Of a stretch of DNA of 64,000 nt, positions 34,600-45,925 are shown in pieces. The stretch comes from Cladosporium halotolerans (taxonomy: Eukaryota). The position numbers and the translations under genes were made by a program. Position 1 is the stretch's first letter. Every line of letters begins with the position of its first letter. The notes below the pieces were generated by a model, which worked only from the letters and a program-made list of their open reading frames with translations, was not told where the DNA came from and did not search any database. The stretch covers positions 1 through 64,000 of the forward strand of contig NW_027191492.1 in NCBI RefSeq assembly GCF_011745625.1. The letters run 5' to 3'.

Positions 34600-36330
34600 T
34601 AGGTTTTTCCAGTCAAAAAGCCTAATAGAACCGAAAATCAATCCTCTCTAGCACTCTTTCTTATATAATATAATATATATCCTTTATTCAAATTCTTATA
34701 GTAAGTAGATAGTAGGAACTCTTAAAGCTATATATCTAAGTATTAATCGCCCTATATCTAGCGGATAAAGTAGGACCTACTATATATATTAGAGTATATA
34801 AGGTTAGTATAGTATCTAATAATTAGGAAAAAGCTAGCTAAAAGTATTAGTATTACTAGCTACGTATTATTATTTACTATCGCTTATTAGTATTATACTT
34901 GAATCTCTTAGTTAAGTAAGACGAAATAGATAATAGCTCGTACTATATCCATATCTAGCTTCTAGTCTTTAGTATCTATAATTAATTTATCTCTAAGTAG
35001 GTATATAAGACTATTTAAAAGATTATTTATACTCGTTTATATTCTAAAGATCTAGCGTTAATAACTATACTTCGTTTAATAGAATATAAAATACTCTTTT
35101 AACTCAATTACCTTACTATAGAAGCGCCCTTTTTCTAATCTCTTAGAAGACGTAATAATATTTTATATAGACTTTAATACTTCTTAGAATATATAAATCT
35201 ATATATAGATATAGTATAATATAAAACCTCCTACTATAGATTAGCGTTTATAGCTAGTAAGCGAATACTAGTATATACTTATTAGGAAGAGACTTTAGTA
35301 TAAGACTTTTATTAAATTTATTAGAAAAAAAAGCTATTTATTATAGAAATACTATATCTTCTAGGTATATTTCTAAATAGCTACTATTATACGCCTACTA
35401 TTATTATCCTTATTCTAATTATCTTTCGAATTAGTCTTCTTTTAGTATACCTAGCGTTCTTTAATCTTAGACTCCTAAGTAAGTAAATAGATATAGAGAT
35501 TCTAAAGTTCTTTTTTTTTCTACTTTTTATCTTATAGACCTAGACGATTAGAATCGTTTTAAATTATTTAATAAATAAATTATAGAAAGAAAATAAATTA
35601 TAAAAAATATATAAAATTAGCTTTATAATACAATCTATCGATTCTTTAGGAATAAAATAGAACTCTAAACTACTATAAAAAACTAGATTAATATACTTTA
35701 TAATTAGACCTTAGGCTCTAGTAATATACTTTTACTAGTTTTTAAATCTATTACGATCTAGTTTATACTCCTAAATAATAATACTATATATGCCTATAGC
35801 GTATTTAAGCTCGTTAGGTAGTAAAATAAAAATTAAAGTAGTAGTAAGAGTTAATAGACTTAATTCTAGCTTTATTAAAGTAGCTCTAGTATTTTTTTTC
35901 CTTATCTTTAGCCTTAGATTATAGAATTTCCTATCCTAGTAGTTTCGGACGAATAGGGCGTTCTTTAATTCTTCCTTATTAGAAAATAGGTCCTAAAGAG
36001 TATTAATAATAGCGTCGATCTTAAAACGGCGATACTATCTAATATAGTTATTAGGTCCTATAAAGATCTTATTAGATAAGTCCTTAGACTAGGGTTTATC
36101 GTTTATCGATATAGTAGTATAAGCTTCTAGCTTATTTAGGAGTGCTAGAAGGACTCCTAGTAGGAGAGTATAAGACTAATTTAGTTAGGCGAGCCCTAAG
36201 ACTATAAATTAGTTGAAAATAGGTAGATCCTCTACTTCTTAGAGTGAAGTTTAGATTGAGAAGGTATCTACGCTATAGAAAAGGTGATATACAGGCTTCA
36301 AATAAAGAAATACGGGAGCTCCCGCAGGTA
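34600..36330. mobile_element. About 1.7-kb heavily RIP-mutated repeat/transposon relic (class unresolved)
   Basis: Very AT-rich block with sharp boundaries, extreme TpA and TAG excess and near-absence of CpA/TpG. No ORF of 60 aa or more in the track; no TIR or LTR recognised. Confidence 0.8.
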
Positions 36331-36339
36331 GCTATGGGG

Positions 36340-37870
36340 AGCTAGGCGGTCTATTCACAACTTCCTTTATGGATCGAGTGTCTATTGGCAATGCAAGGCT
36401 GTGTAATATGGAGATTGAGCTCGAAATGGAGGACAACGATTACCTGCTTGCAGTTTCCGTGCTGTTAATCACTTATTGCGTAAGAGACCTCACTCAAACT
36501 TCACTCACACTTCACTCACACCTCATGTGCGAGATGCTGACTTGTTCAGCTTTTCGAGACGCCATCGAATGCGATTCTCAAGCGCATGCAGCCTGCGCGA
36601 TGGCTGGGTGGAATCACAATCGCATGGGACCTTGTCGCAACTTTCTCGGCATTTTGTAATACCAAGAACGAATTCATCGCATGTCGACTGCTCCTCGGGC
36701 TCTTCGAACCTGGATTGTTTCCGGGATTCTTGGTCTACCTCTCAATGTTTTACAATAAGCGATCCATCGCCCTCAGAGTTGCTTATCTCTTCTCGACGGC
36801 AGCCTGGGCAGGAGCCCTCGGTGGCCTAGTTGCCTACGGCATTGGGTTTCTCGATGGTGCGGCCGGCTGGTCTGGCTGGAGGTGGATCTTTCTCACCAAC
36901 GGCATTCCGACGATTCTGACGGGCGTGGTTATACCGTTTGTTCTGCCGAACAGCCCAGAGACTGCCAAGTTCCTCACGTCGGTTGAGCGCGAAAGCCTTG
37001 TGATCGTTCGGGAGAGGGAAGTCGGCCAGACCAAATCCGCCCAGTTGATGAACAAGAAGGACGCCATGGATGCGCTCAAAGACTGGAAAACCTGGGCAAT
37101 TTCCTCCGGTCAGTACTGCCTGAACAGCATGCTGTACAGCTTCAGCGTCTTTTTGCCGACTATCATTGTGCAGACGAGCAGTGAATGGTCGAGGATTCAA
37201 ATGTGAGCCTGAAGTTGCGGCCGTCGGGCTTTTCGAGATTCCGTTTCATCCCGCTGACTAATGTTTGCAGTCAAGCGTTGACTGTTCCGATCTATACCCT
37301 TGGTGGCCTCACCTACCTTGCATGCTCCTGGTACAGCGATCGCATCCAGCAGCGCGGGCCTTTTGCGATTGCTTCCATCACTGTTTGCATCGTCGGATAC
37401 ATACTCTTGATTGCAAACATCAGCCCTGGTGCCAGTTTCGCGGGTTGTTTCATCGTGGCAGCAGGCTTGTACACTGCGGCCGGCACACCTTTCTCATGGG
37501 GTCCAGTCAACAATCCTCGATATGGGAAGCGAGCGATTGCAAGCGGTATCCAGCTTACGATCGGTAATGCGTCGGGCGTTGCAGCGCCATTCCTGTTTTC
37601 CAGCGAGCACGAGCCGACGTTCATCCCCGGCTATGCAGGTGAGGAAATTAGCGGACTCGACCCAGCAGGCTGGCATCACTGACTTTTGCGATAGGTACCA
37701 TTGCCATGCTGGCATATGCACTAGGTGTCTTCAGCTTTATGCACTTCTAATTCAAGAGGGATAACAGGAAAAAGATCAGAGGTAACTATGACCACATCAC
37801 TGAAGGCATGACCGAGGCAGAGGCGAACGAGCTGGGGGAAAACACCCCGAGGTATCTATGGTCGATCTGA
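36340..37870 (+). pseudogene. Dal5/Tna1 (allantoate permease/ACS) family MFS transporter, 5'-truncated with premature stop
   Basis: 'FMDRVSIGNARL', 'LFETPSNAILKR', 'RLLLGLFEPGLFPG', 'GWRWIF' and 'NNPRYGKRA'. The N-terminus is missing at the repeat edge. TAA at 37748-37750 precedes the conserved tail 'FKRDNRKK...ELGENTPRYLWSI*'. Confidence 0.8.
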
Positions 37871-38599
37871 GTCGGCGTTTGCCTTCGAGCGGTATGAAGA
37901 GATGCTGGTGGCCAGGAGTCTATTGGTAGAGTTGTAGGGTTCGGATGTAGTCGTCGCACAGAAAGTGGTATCGTTTGTGGAATACATTGTCCAGTCTCGA
38001 GTTTGGGTTGCTTGCCACAGGCGCAAAAAAGTCGGCTGGACCACAGGTGCGTCACTCCACGCAGTCGAGATTGGTTGTTGCACTGTAAGCCAACACGCTC
38101 AAAGGAGATACTCGACAATGGTGCTCCGCATGGCCGGAGAAGGTCTTTGTAAAGTTTGCGACCGCTCGCGCGGGTCGTGAGTGACGAAGTGCGTGCAATC
38201 TCGCCGGCTGCCAAATCCCCCAGCATCCGGTTGCCGTGACGACGCGGCTGTTTCCGCTGCCAAGCGAAGCCAACAACGCGCCTTCGCGCCTATGGCCTGC
38301 TGTTTCGGCGCCCTCGAACACTTCTTCGCATTGCACCCAGTTGTCTTGTCTGCGCTGTTGTCGCGTATGTAGCGGCCGTGTCGACATCGCATCACGACAT
38401 CAACCGAGTATATTTACCATATGGCGACACTACGCGACAGCAACAACAGCACAGCGACGACAGCAACAAACACGCAGCCCCATCTGGACCTTCATTGACT
38501 CAGGCCGGCTACTGCCATCTTGGATATACTCGGACTTCGGACGATCAGAAACACCACAAGAACAATAACAACCCCGTGAAGAAGAATTTCAAGCGCCTA

Positions 38600-41341
38600 A
38601 TGGCGGCCGTACATCACGCGCCGCGACCGCACCTGCGCCGTAACTCGCCCGTCTCAACATACCAGTCGAGCAACGCATACTCTTCGCATGGCTCTGCGAT
38701 GAGACATTTAGATGTCAGCGATAGCGACTCGGACGATGAGCCCCCACCCGCGATCAAATTTTCGAAGGTCACGGAGGCCCTGCTCAACAATGGTCCAATG
38801 CCGTCATCGCCGCCCAAGCACGATCAGAATTCGTCTGCGCAAAGATTCATCCGCTCTGCCAGTGCACCGAAAGACCTCAACACACCTAGTCGAGCACCAG
38901 CATTCAAAATTGTACGAAACAGCTCACCGTCGACGTTTGCGAACAGCGACGGCCAGGTCCGAGGGAACACACCACCTAGAGCTGTGCAAATTGGTTCGGC
39001 TCAGAAGGGATCTGGAAGACGAACAATCAACATTGGAGGACCGTACCCACAGCGCTTCACGATAAAACGAGAGCCAACCCCGCAGGCGGAGTCCAGGCTG
39101 GAAATCGTCACTCCTGCACCCGCTCCAAGGGCCACGAGAGTAAGCAGATCGAGAGCCGGCAGCAATGCGTCTCAAGACGATCACCCGTACGGCGGTCGCT
39201 CATCGAGTAGAGCGGCCTCCAGGAGTGGCTCAAGAGGGGGATACAAGAGCTCTTCTGAACAGGTTGAGCCAAGTCAATTCGCCTCTTCTCTCACACGCCA
39301 CACTTCTGTAAACAACACGTCAGATGCGACAAGATATGCGCCGTCGACAATAAGCCGGTCCCGCAATCCCTCAGCCGACAACGCGCCTCCGCCTGGCTCT
39401 ACTCGCATCAAACGCGCGCCAATTGGTACTGGTACTTTTCTGAGAAGCGGACCTGTGCGACGAGGATTCCGTCGCAGAGACAGCGAAGACAATGTGTCCC
39501 CGGCAGACGATTACCAGAGCGGGTCTGGCTCCGCTAGCAAGTACGCATCTCAGGAAGATCTTGCTCGCCCTGAGGGACCGAGAAGTAGAAGCGGCAGTGT
39601 AAATGTTCGAGCAGATTCTGTTGAGCCTGTATCTGTACATGATTACGCACACGAAAAGCACAGCAAAGTCGAATCGCGACCATCTTCTCGACAGGCCAGC
39701 ACCAACTTTGCAAGAAGTCAGACAAACAACGAGGGCCCGCCACTTTCACGACAGCCCAGCCGTGAGTTTGCCCGAAGCCGGCAACCCAGCCTCGAGAGGC
39801 ATCAGCATTCCCGTCAACCAAGCGTCCAGCCTTCTGAAAGTCAGCTCGCTGCTGAAGTCAGAGCGAGGAGGCCCAGCGAGCAGAGCCAGCCGAGACCATT
39901 AGTCGAACAGAATCATCCACAGAGAGCATCGAGCATACGTCAACAACATCGCCCAGTGCCGAGCCGTGTTCATCTAGAAGATCAAGAGAATGTGCCGCCT
40001 CCTACCTTCAAGCGCAACAAAGACCAAGAATTCAAGTACCTTGGGAGACAAACTGGCGGAGTCATGTCAGACGACGAGAAGCCCAAGCCTAGAACCGTTG
40101 AGGAAACTCCAGTGCCTGTTCCCGCGCAGCAGCAAGATCGCAAAGCATTGGGTGCTATCAGTGGGAACACGCCGCATCGACCAGCTCCGCCACCACCGCC
40201 GAAGATGAGTGTTCTTGAGACCGCAACTGCTACAGCCGGAGCAAGCACAACAAAATCACGCAAAAAGCGTTCGCACATGGTGGTCAAAGGCAAGATTTTT
40301 ACTCAGATGGGTCGATTGGGCAAAGGTGGCAGCAGCGATGTCTACTGCGTGATGGCAGAAAACTACAAGACATTCGCTTTGAAGCGTGTCAAATTGGATG
40401 ACTGCGATGAGAACGCGATCAGAGGCTACAAGGGAGAGATCGACCTTCTGAAGCAGCTCACGGAAGTCGAGCGCGTGGTGCGACTTTTCGATTGGGAGCT
40501 TCTGGAGGAGAAGCAGGAGCTCTTGGTCTTGATGGAAAAGGGCGAAACCGATCTCAATCGCCTGCTCACTTTGCGCATCAATGGCGTCGATGCGAAGTTC
40601 GACAGTGTGTTTGTCCGCTACCACTGGAAAGAAATGCTAGAATGCGTAGCCTCAGTCCATGAGCACGACATTGTCCATTCCGACCTCAAGCCGGCCAACT
40701 TCCTCCTCGTCCAAGGCAAGCTCAAGCTGATCGATTTTGGCATCGCCAACGCAATCGACACGGACAATACCTGCAACGTACATCGAGAATCCCATGTCGG
40801 AACGCCGAATTACATGTCCCCAGAGAGTATCACAGACACCAACAACAGCGGTGGCAGCAGCCGGGATGCCGAAGGCCGCCCTCTGAAGAAGGACATGCGT
40901 ATCGGCAAGGCCTCAGATGTGTGGAGCATGGGCTGCATCCTCTACCAAATGACATACGGCAGACCACCTTTTGCCCACATTCCGAATCAGATCTCACGCA
41001 TCATGGCCATCACCAACCCCAAGGTCAATATCGAGTACCCAGAGCGGGGTGTCGGCGGAGTCATCGTTCCTGCTTCTCTCAAGGGCACGCTCCGGCGTTG
41101 CCTCAACCGAGATCCCGATCTCCGTCCTACAGCAAAGCAACTGCTTAGCGAAACCGATGCATTCCTGAATCCTGAGGCTGCTGGTGCGGTTATGATGAGC
41201 GAAGACCTGCTGAGACAGATCATCGACAAAGTCGTCGATCGGTGTCGCGACCCAAAGAAGGGCATTCCTACGCCAGACGAAGTGCGCACGTATCCGAGCA
41301 GTTTCATGGTCAAGATAAGGGAGATGGTCGAGAAGGGGTAA
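38600..41341 (+). CDS. MPS1: Spindle checkpoint kinase Mps1/Mph1 (TTK family), intronless
   Basis: 'GKGGSSDVY', 'FALKRV', 'GYKGEIDLL', 'IVHSDLKPANFL', 'LIDFGIANAI', 'NVHRESHVGTPNYMSPE' and 'DVWSMGCILYQMTYG'; long disordered N-terminus. Confidence 0.93.
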   Translation: MAAVHHAPRPHLRRNSPVSTYQSSNAYSSHGSAMRHLDVSDSDSDDEPPPAIKFSKVTEALLNNGPMPSSPPKHDQNSSAQRFIRSASAPKDLNTPSRAPAFKIVRNSSPSTFANSDGQVRGNTPPRAVQIGSAQKGSGRRTINIGGPYPQRFTIKREPTPQAESRLEIVTPAPAPRATRVSRSRAGSNASQDDHPYGGRSSSRAASRSGSRGGYKSSSEQVEPSQFASSLTRHTSVNNTSDATRYAPSTISRSRNPSADNAPPPGSTRIKRAPIGTGTFLRSGPVRRGFRRRDSEDNVSPADDYQSGSGSASKYASQEDLARPEGPRSRSGSVNVRADSVEPVSVHDYAHEKHSKVESRPSSRQASTNFARSQTNNEGPPLSRQPSREFARSRQPSLERHQHSRQPSVQPSESQLAAEVRARRPSEQSQPRPLVEQNHPQRASSIRQQHRPVPSRVHLEDQENVPPPTFKRNKDQEFKYLGRQTGGVMSDDEKPKPRTVEETPVPVPAQQQDRKALGAISGNTPHRPAPPPPPKMSVLETATATAGASTTKSRKKRSHMVVKGKIFTQMGRLGKGGSSDVYCVMAENYKTFALKRVKLDDCDENAIRGYKGEIDLLKQLTEVERVVRLFDWELLEEKQELLVLMEKGETDLNRLLTLRINGVDAKFDSVFVRYHWKEMLECVASVHEHDIVHSDLKPANFLLVQGKLKLIDFGIANAIDTDNTCNVHRESHVGTPNYMSPESITDTNNSGGSSRDAEGRPLKKDMRIGKASDVWSMGCILYQMTYGRPPFAHIPNQISRIMAITNPKVNIEYPERGVGGVIVPASLKGTLRRCLNRDPDLRPTAKQLLSETDAFLNPEAAGAVMMSEDLLRQIIDKVVDRCRDPKKGIPTPDEVRTYPSSFMVKIREMVEKG

Positions 41342-41724
41342 TCAAGAAGTTGAACAGGAGGAGAATATTTACGATATCATGGTTATTTGGGCATACTTTC
41401 GTTCGTCTGGGATGGGAAACCGCCGGGAGCCGGCCAGGTTGGGTTTCAGGAGATCAAGCGAAGGAGCTTATGGAGTTTTACCGTTCTTTTCGGTCGGTGT
41501 CTACGCAGAACATACCCGCGGCTGTTTTAGCCGGCGCAGGTTCTTTATAAACGCATTGAAGCTCTACAGAGCCCGCTCTTAACTCACAAAGGATATCGTC
41601 TTTTTCATGCATTCGCTATTCCAATCTATGCCACAACCGCACCATGTTTTTGCTTGTGCCCACCATAAACTCCTGCGCTTTCATGCTCGACCATCAGACA
41701 TTCAAAATCTCATCCATCCATTTC

Positions 41725-42422
41725 TTAGGTCGGCTGAGGCGCAACCATAGGCGGGGCCGCCTTCTTCTCCTTCTTCTTGTCCTCAATCTGCTCCACATTG
41801 TCCTCGGGCACATTGTACTTCTCCACCACCCAGTCGAGCACCTCATCGCTCACATCGCCCTGCACCGTGATCTCCTCGCCGCCGCTCGCCGTCTTCGTCA
41901 CGCTCGAGCCCGTCGCGAACTTCTTGCCGAACTCCTTCGCCGCCTTCTTCAGGTCGACGTTGAAGTGCTCCAGCCCGGAGATCTCCGTGATGTGCTTGCG
42001 CTTGTTGCGCTCCACGCGCTTGATGATGACCTTGCTCGTCGCGCGCTTCTCGCTCTCGCGGGCTTCCGCCGCCTCGGCTTTGGCGGCCTTCTTTTGCGCG
42101 TCTTTCTCCGCGCGCTTCTGGGCGTCGACGCTCAGGCTGGACAGGTTTTGAGAAAGAGCTTCCGAGGAGTACAGTGCGGTGTAGAGCGCCGGGTGTGCTT
42201 TTTCGAGCCATTCGGCGCATTTCTTGGTCGTGCCGCCGAACTCACAGTACTGGAGGACAGTCAGCTTGTGATGAGAGGGGATTTGTGAAGATCCGTGTGT
42301 CCTGTGTGGGTGGGATGCGAATGACGAGGCGTCGTACCTACTTCGGGAGGGAGGGAGCAGACGCCGCAGTAGACTACGGACTTGGGCGGGCGAGCATCTG
42401 AGGCTGTCGCTGTGTCGGCCAT
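41725..42422 (-). CDS. TMA22: Translation machinery-associated protein 22 (DENR, SUI1 domain), intron 42250-42341
   Basis: 'VVYCGVCSLPPE|YCEFGGTTKKC', 'IKRVERNKRKHIT' and 'KKFATGSSVTK...ITVQGDV'. Confidence 0.95.
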
Positions 42423-42799
42423 GGTGGGTTGTGTGGGTTGTGATGTCGTGATTGTGGGAGGTTGTGTGCAGCGCGGTGACGACGAAGTGGGATGTTGGAG
42501 GGGCAAGCGCCCGCGTCTGGTGGGGTTAGGTGATGGACTTGGCGCTGTGAGCGACCTTACTCGCTTTCTTGACGAGGCTATCCAAGTGTTCCTATCATTA
42601 CATGAACGCATCCTGGCCGTTCGCTGGTTTCCCCTTTGATACAGAAATTGGCATGTCCGTCGCTTCATGGCATCAATCATCCCTTGTAGTCTCATGCAGT
42701 CATTTATTCTCCATCTTCCCGTTTCCTACGTCCGCGGGCCCGCTTGCGGCATACCTCCAGTCGTTTTCACGCAGCGGGCGCTCTCACGAGATATGATGT

Positions 42800-43980
42800 T
42801 CATTCGAGATCCGATTTGGCTTCCGAAATTTTCCTGTGCTTCAACCAGTACCGAATGAAAGCCATCTCATCGACGCTGATGTTTTTTTCAATCCGATCCT
42901 CAGTTATGTCTTTGATGACCGCTGCTTGCTGAGCCTGATACTCCGCAAGGGTTGGAATGGGAATGCCCATGTTAAGCGCTAATACTTTGTCAGTCAACTG
43001 CACGTTTTTATCTCGATGAAGTTTGATAATCACTTGCCTTGGGCCTTCGCACTGACATAAGCACCCAGTTTCTCGCTTTTTGCCTGCATCAACAATTGCT
43101 GCTTTTTCTGATTCCGGTAAGCGTTTTGGACAGCCGCAAGGATAGGATCGTCATCTTCGAGGTCAAGTTGGAGTTCGCCGGTAAAGTTGACATCGGGATT
43201 AATAGACCCGTCTTCGAGATCGTGGCAGTCTAGGCCTGGAATGCCGTTGACGATGCAAGCCTTGTGTTCAGATTTAATTCGGTGGTACGCATCTTTGAGC
43301 TGGCGCAGCGTAACCCCTGTTTGTGACCTGAGAATCACAGTAGGACCACAGAACAGGTCGTTGACGCAACATTGCGCCCAAGCAAATATCTCAGAAACGG
43401 GCGGCTGGCAGATTAGCATGTCAAGAGCGCGCTCACCAAGCGACATTTTGTCGAAGAATCGTTTTCCACTGATGTCGAACTCTAGAGACCATCCGGTGAC
43501 CACAAGTGGCCCATTCGCGAATCCATGCGGCGTTTGCGGAATGATTGACAGTGCAAATGGCTGACGGGGCAGCGAACGCTCTTGCAAGGCGGCGACGGTC
43601 GCGAATGGGGTTGCGAAATAGCCATCCCGATCCGGCTCGATCATCATCTTCCGGCGCAAGATAATCGATTTCTCCATAGTGCTTTTTGTGGCTCTATTGA
43701 GCCGCTTGAGGACGAGCAAATCCTTCCAATCGCAGAAGTAGAGGATGCGTTCGAGTAGCTCCGGAATCGCAAACACCTTAGGAGCCTTGCTGATGCCATC
43801 CCCAGCCGTTGGCTTGATGGCGTCTTCGATGATGCTCAGCAGCTTCAATGCTGCTGGCAAGCTTTTTTCGCTCAGTTCGCTGGCCAAAAGGCCGCGAAGA
43901 GAGCGCACACTCTTCCCGCGTCCTCAGCGTTGCCCGAGCCCAAGAATTGGAGAATTGCTTACCTTTTGTGACGACTGCAT
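42800..43980 (-). CDS. F-box-like domain protein, 2 introns (second is GC-AG, 43037-42979)
   Basis: 'KVFAIPELLERILYFCDWKDLLVLKRLNRATKSTMEKSIILRRKM' F-box-like segment and 'MLICQPPV'. ATG at 43980 with a GTAAGC donor. Confidence 0.75.
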
Positions 43981-44690
43981 GGTTGTCTTTGTCGGAGGCG
44001 GTGTCGTTGTTGCTGCTGTTGTTGGTAGCAGGGTGTGCGCAACTTTTATGTTGGAGACATATTTACATATCCACTGAGGAAGGCGCGCGCACGGGGCACG
44101 GGCACCTCTGCACCTGCCTGTCGCGCGAGCCATGTGAGATCACATGATGATAGCCTTCGGTGCTCGTAGATGTGACTTGAGGGTGCTCTCAGTGGCTCTA
44201 GGCACAAGTCACCGTATGTCTGACCCTTCAGAGTGCAATCACCCCTGCGTTTGGGATGCGCCGACAGTGCTGCTATAGCGGCTTCATTGAGATCCCAATG
44301 ACCAACGATCAAAGAAAGTAACGACTCAAGATTGGCCGTCTCGAGTGCCAGGGTTGCTCAACTGCTCATATCAGCATGCACTGGAAGATTTACTCATCAC
44401 CTGCCACTGAAAAACGACTCGCCGCTCTTCGTACCGGGCGTGCTAATACCATTAGCTCTGGGACCAATACAACATCTAGAAACCTTGAGAGGGGCCAGAA
44501 ACACTTGGAGATGATCTCAGATTCGCTTCCGCGGTATATGAACTAGGAACCGTGTGGATGGGTACGGTCGGCGAGCGCGCGACACCGAGACCAAGATCAA
44601 TCTCCCTTACGACCCACGACGTCGGAGTCTTGAATAAGTACCAGCAATGCCCTTGGCAAGGATGTATCGATACCATCAGTAGCTTTCAAC

Positions 44691-45173
44691 CTATTCATTC
44701 GATGCGGCAGCAGCTTTCAATTTTGGTGCCAGCGCCTGTAAAGCCGCCGGATCCACAAACTCTGTCGACCGCAAGACCCTCTCGCCGGTATCGTCCATTT
44801 GGCACCAAAACAGTATTTCGTTGTGTATGACTTCTGGATCGTTCTTCGCCTGCATGTGGAATACCGCCCGTACCACCGCGCTCTTCTTCTCTGTGTCGAC
44901 GTTGACATCTTGGACATCGATACTCCACGTTTGGAAAGCGGCCGACATGCTCTTTAATCGGGCCACGAAATCTCGAGGCGATTCATCGCGTTGTAGATGC
45001 GGTGTAGTGGACACAAAGTGCTTGTGCCCGAAGCGGAGGATCGCACTTGGGGAGAGGCGGGAGTATATGCGGTCGATATCGATGTCATTGCTGCCTTCAG
45101 TATTCGGTCTGGTGGCCGTGACCCACTCTGTTGCAGTGGAAGCTAGAGCATTGTACAAAGAAGGTCCTGACAT
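44691..45173 (-). CDS. SnoaL/NTF2-like domain protein
   Basis: 160-aa ORF with 'DVNVDTEKKSAVVRA...NEILFWCQMDDTGERVLRSTEFVD', the pattern of fungal SnoaL-like proteins. Confidence 0.75.
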   Translation of the reverse strand: MSGPSLYNALASTATEWVTATRPNTEGSNDIDIDRIYSRLSPSAILRFGHKHFVSTTPHLQRDESPRDFVARLKSMSAAFQTWSIDVQDVNVDTEKKSAVVRAVFHMQAKNDPEVIHNEILFWCQMDDTGERVLRSTEFVDPAALQALAPKLKAAAASNE

Positions 45174-45925
45174 GGCCGATGAGGGAGTCTGATTAACGAA
45201 GGTATCGAAAGGGACTAGACGGAAGTCTGTGATCTGGAAGGGGGTTGAGCATTTCTGCCGGAGCTCTGGGCCCGCCGCCGAGACGGCAGCGAGTGCAGCG
45301 TACCACACTGTCAATCGCGGCACCCAATGATAAGCATGGTTACGCGGTGCGGTCAGTGAAAGGCGCAGAGCCCAGGAACGTGGGATGAGCTCCCCACATC
45401 ACCCCGGATCGATGAAATCAACTCTCCGCATTCCGAAGCGCAAGCCGGAGCCAAAGCCGCGTGACAGCCTGCACCGTTGACCGACTGGTCTTGACATTCC
45501 GACGCCTCCTTCCACGCCGTTGGGCGCACAACTTCGAACTTTTCCTCTGTATTATTCAACTCGCACTTATTCAATGCGCGGAGCTTTATGGGCCATGCGT
45601 ATGGCCGCAGCTCGTTACGGGAAAGTCGACTCAGTCAGGACTTCCTGAAGTAACGAGCGTTTGACTTCATGACGAGAAAATGCGAAAAATGCTGAGAGCG
45701 CGGGCAGACTTGATTGGGACCTGTGAAAGATGCTCGGATTGTAGGACTGCGACGGAAACTTGCTGTCAAGACGACTCTCATCAATCCTAGACCAACCGGC
45801 TTCTCGAGCACGCCATTCTGGCCCCGCTCTATGAACGCACGCAATCGCCAGTCGACAGTAGTACCGGTACAGCAACCCTTCTTCTCCATGTATTCTTCGC
45901 ACCACCGTTTTTTTTTGTCCGCAAA

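Noticed and set aside
38378..38599. N-terminal extension of MPS1 shown in the ORF track
   Set aside because: It starts at a non-ATG codon; the first in-frame ATG is at 38600.
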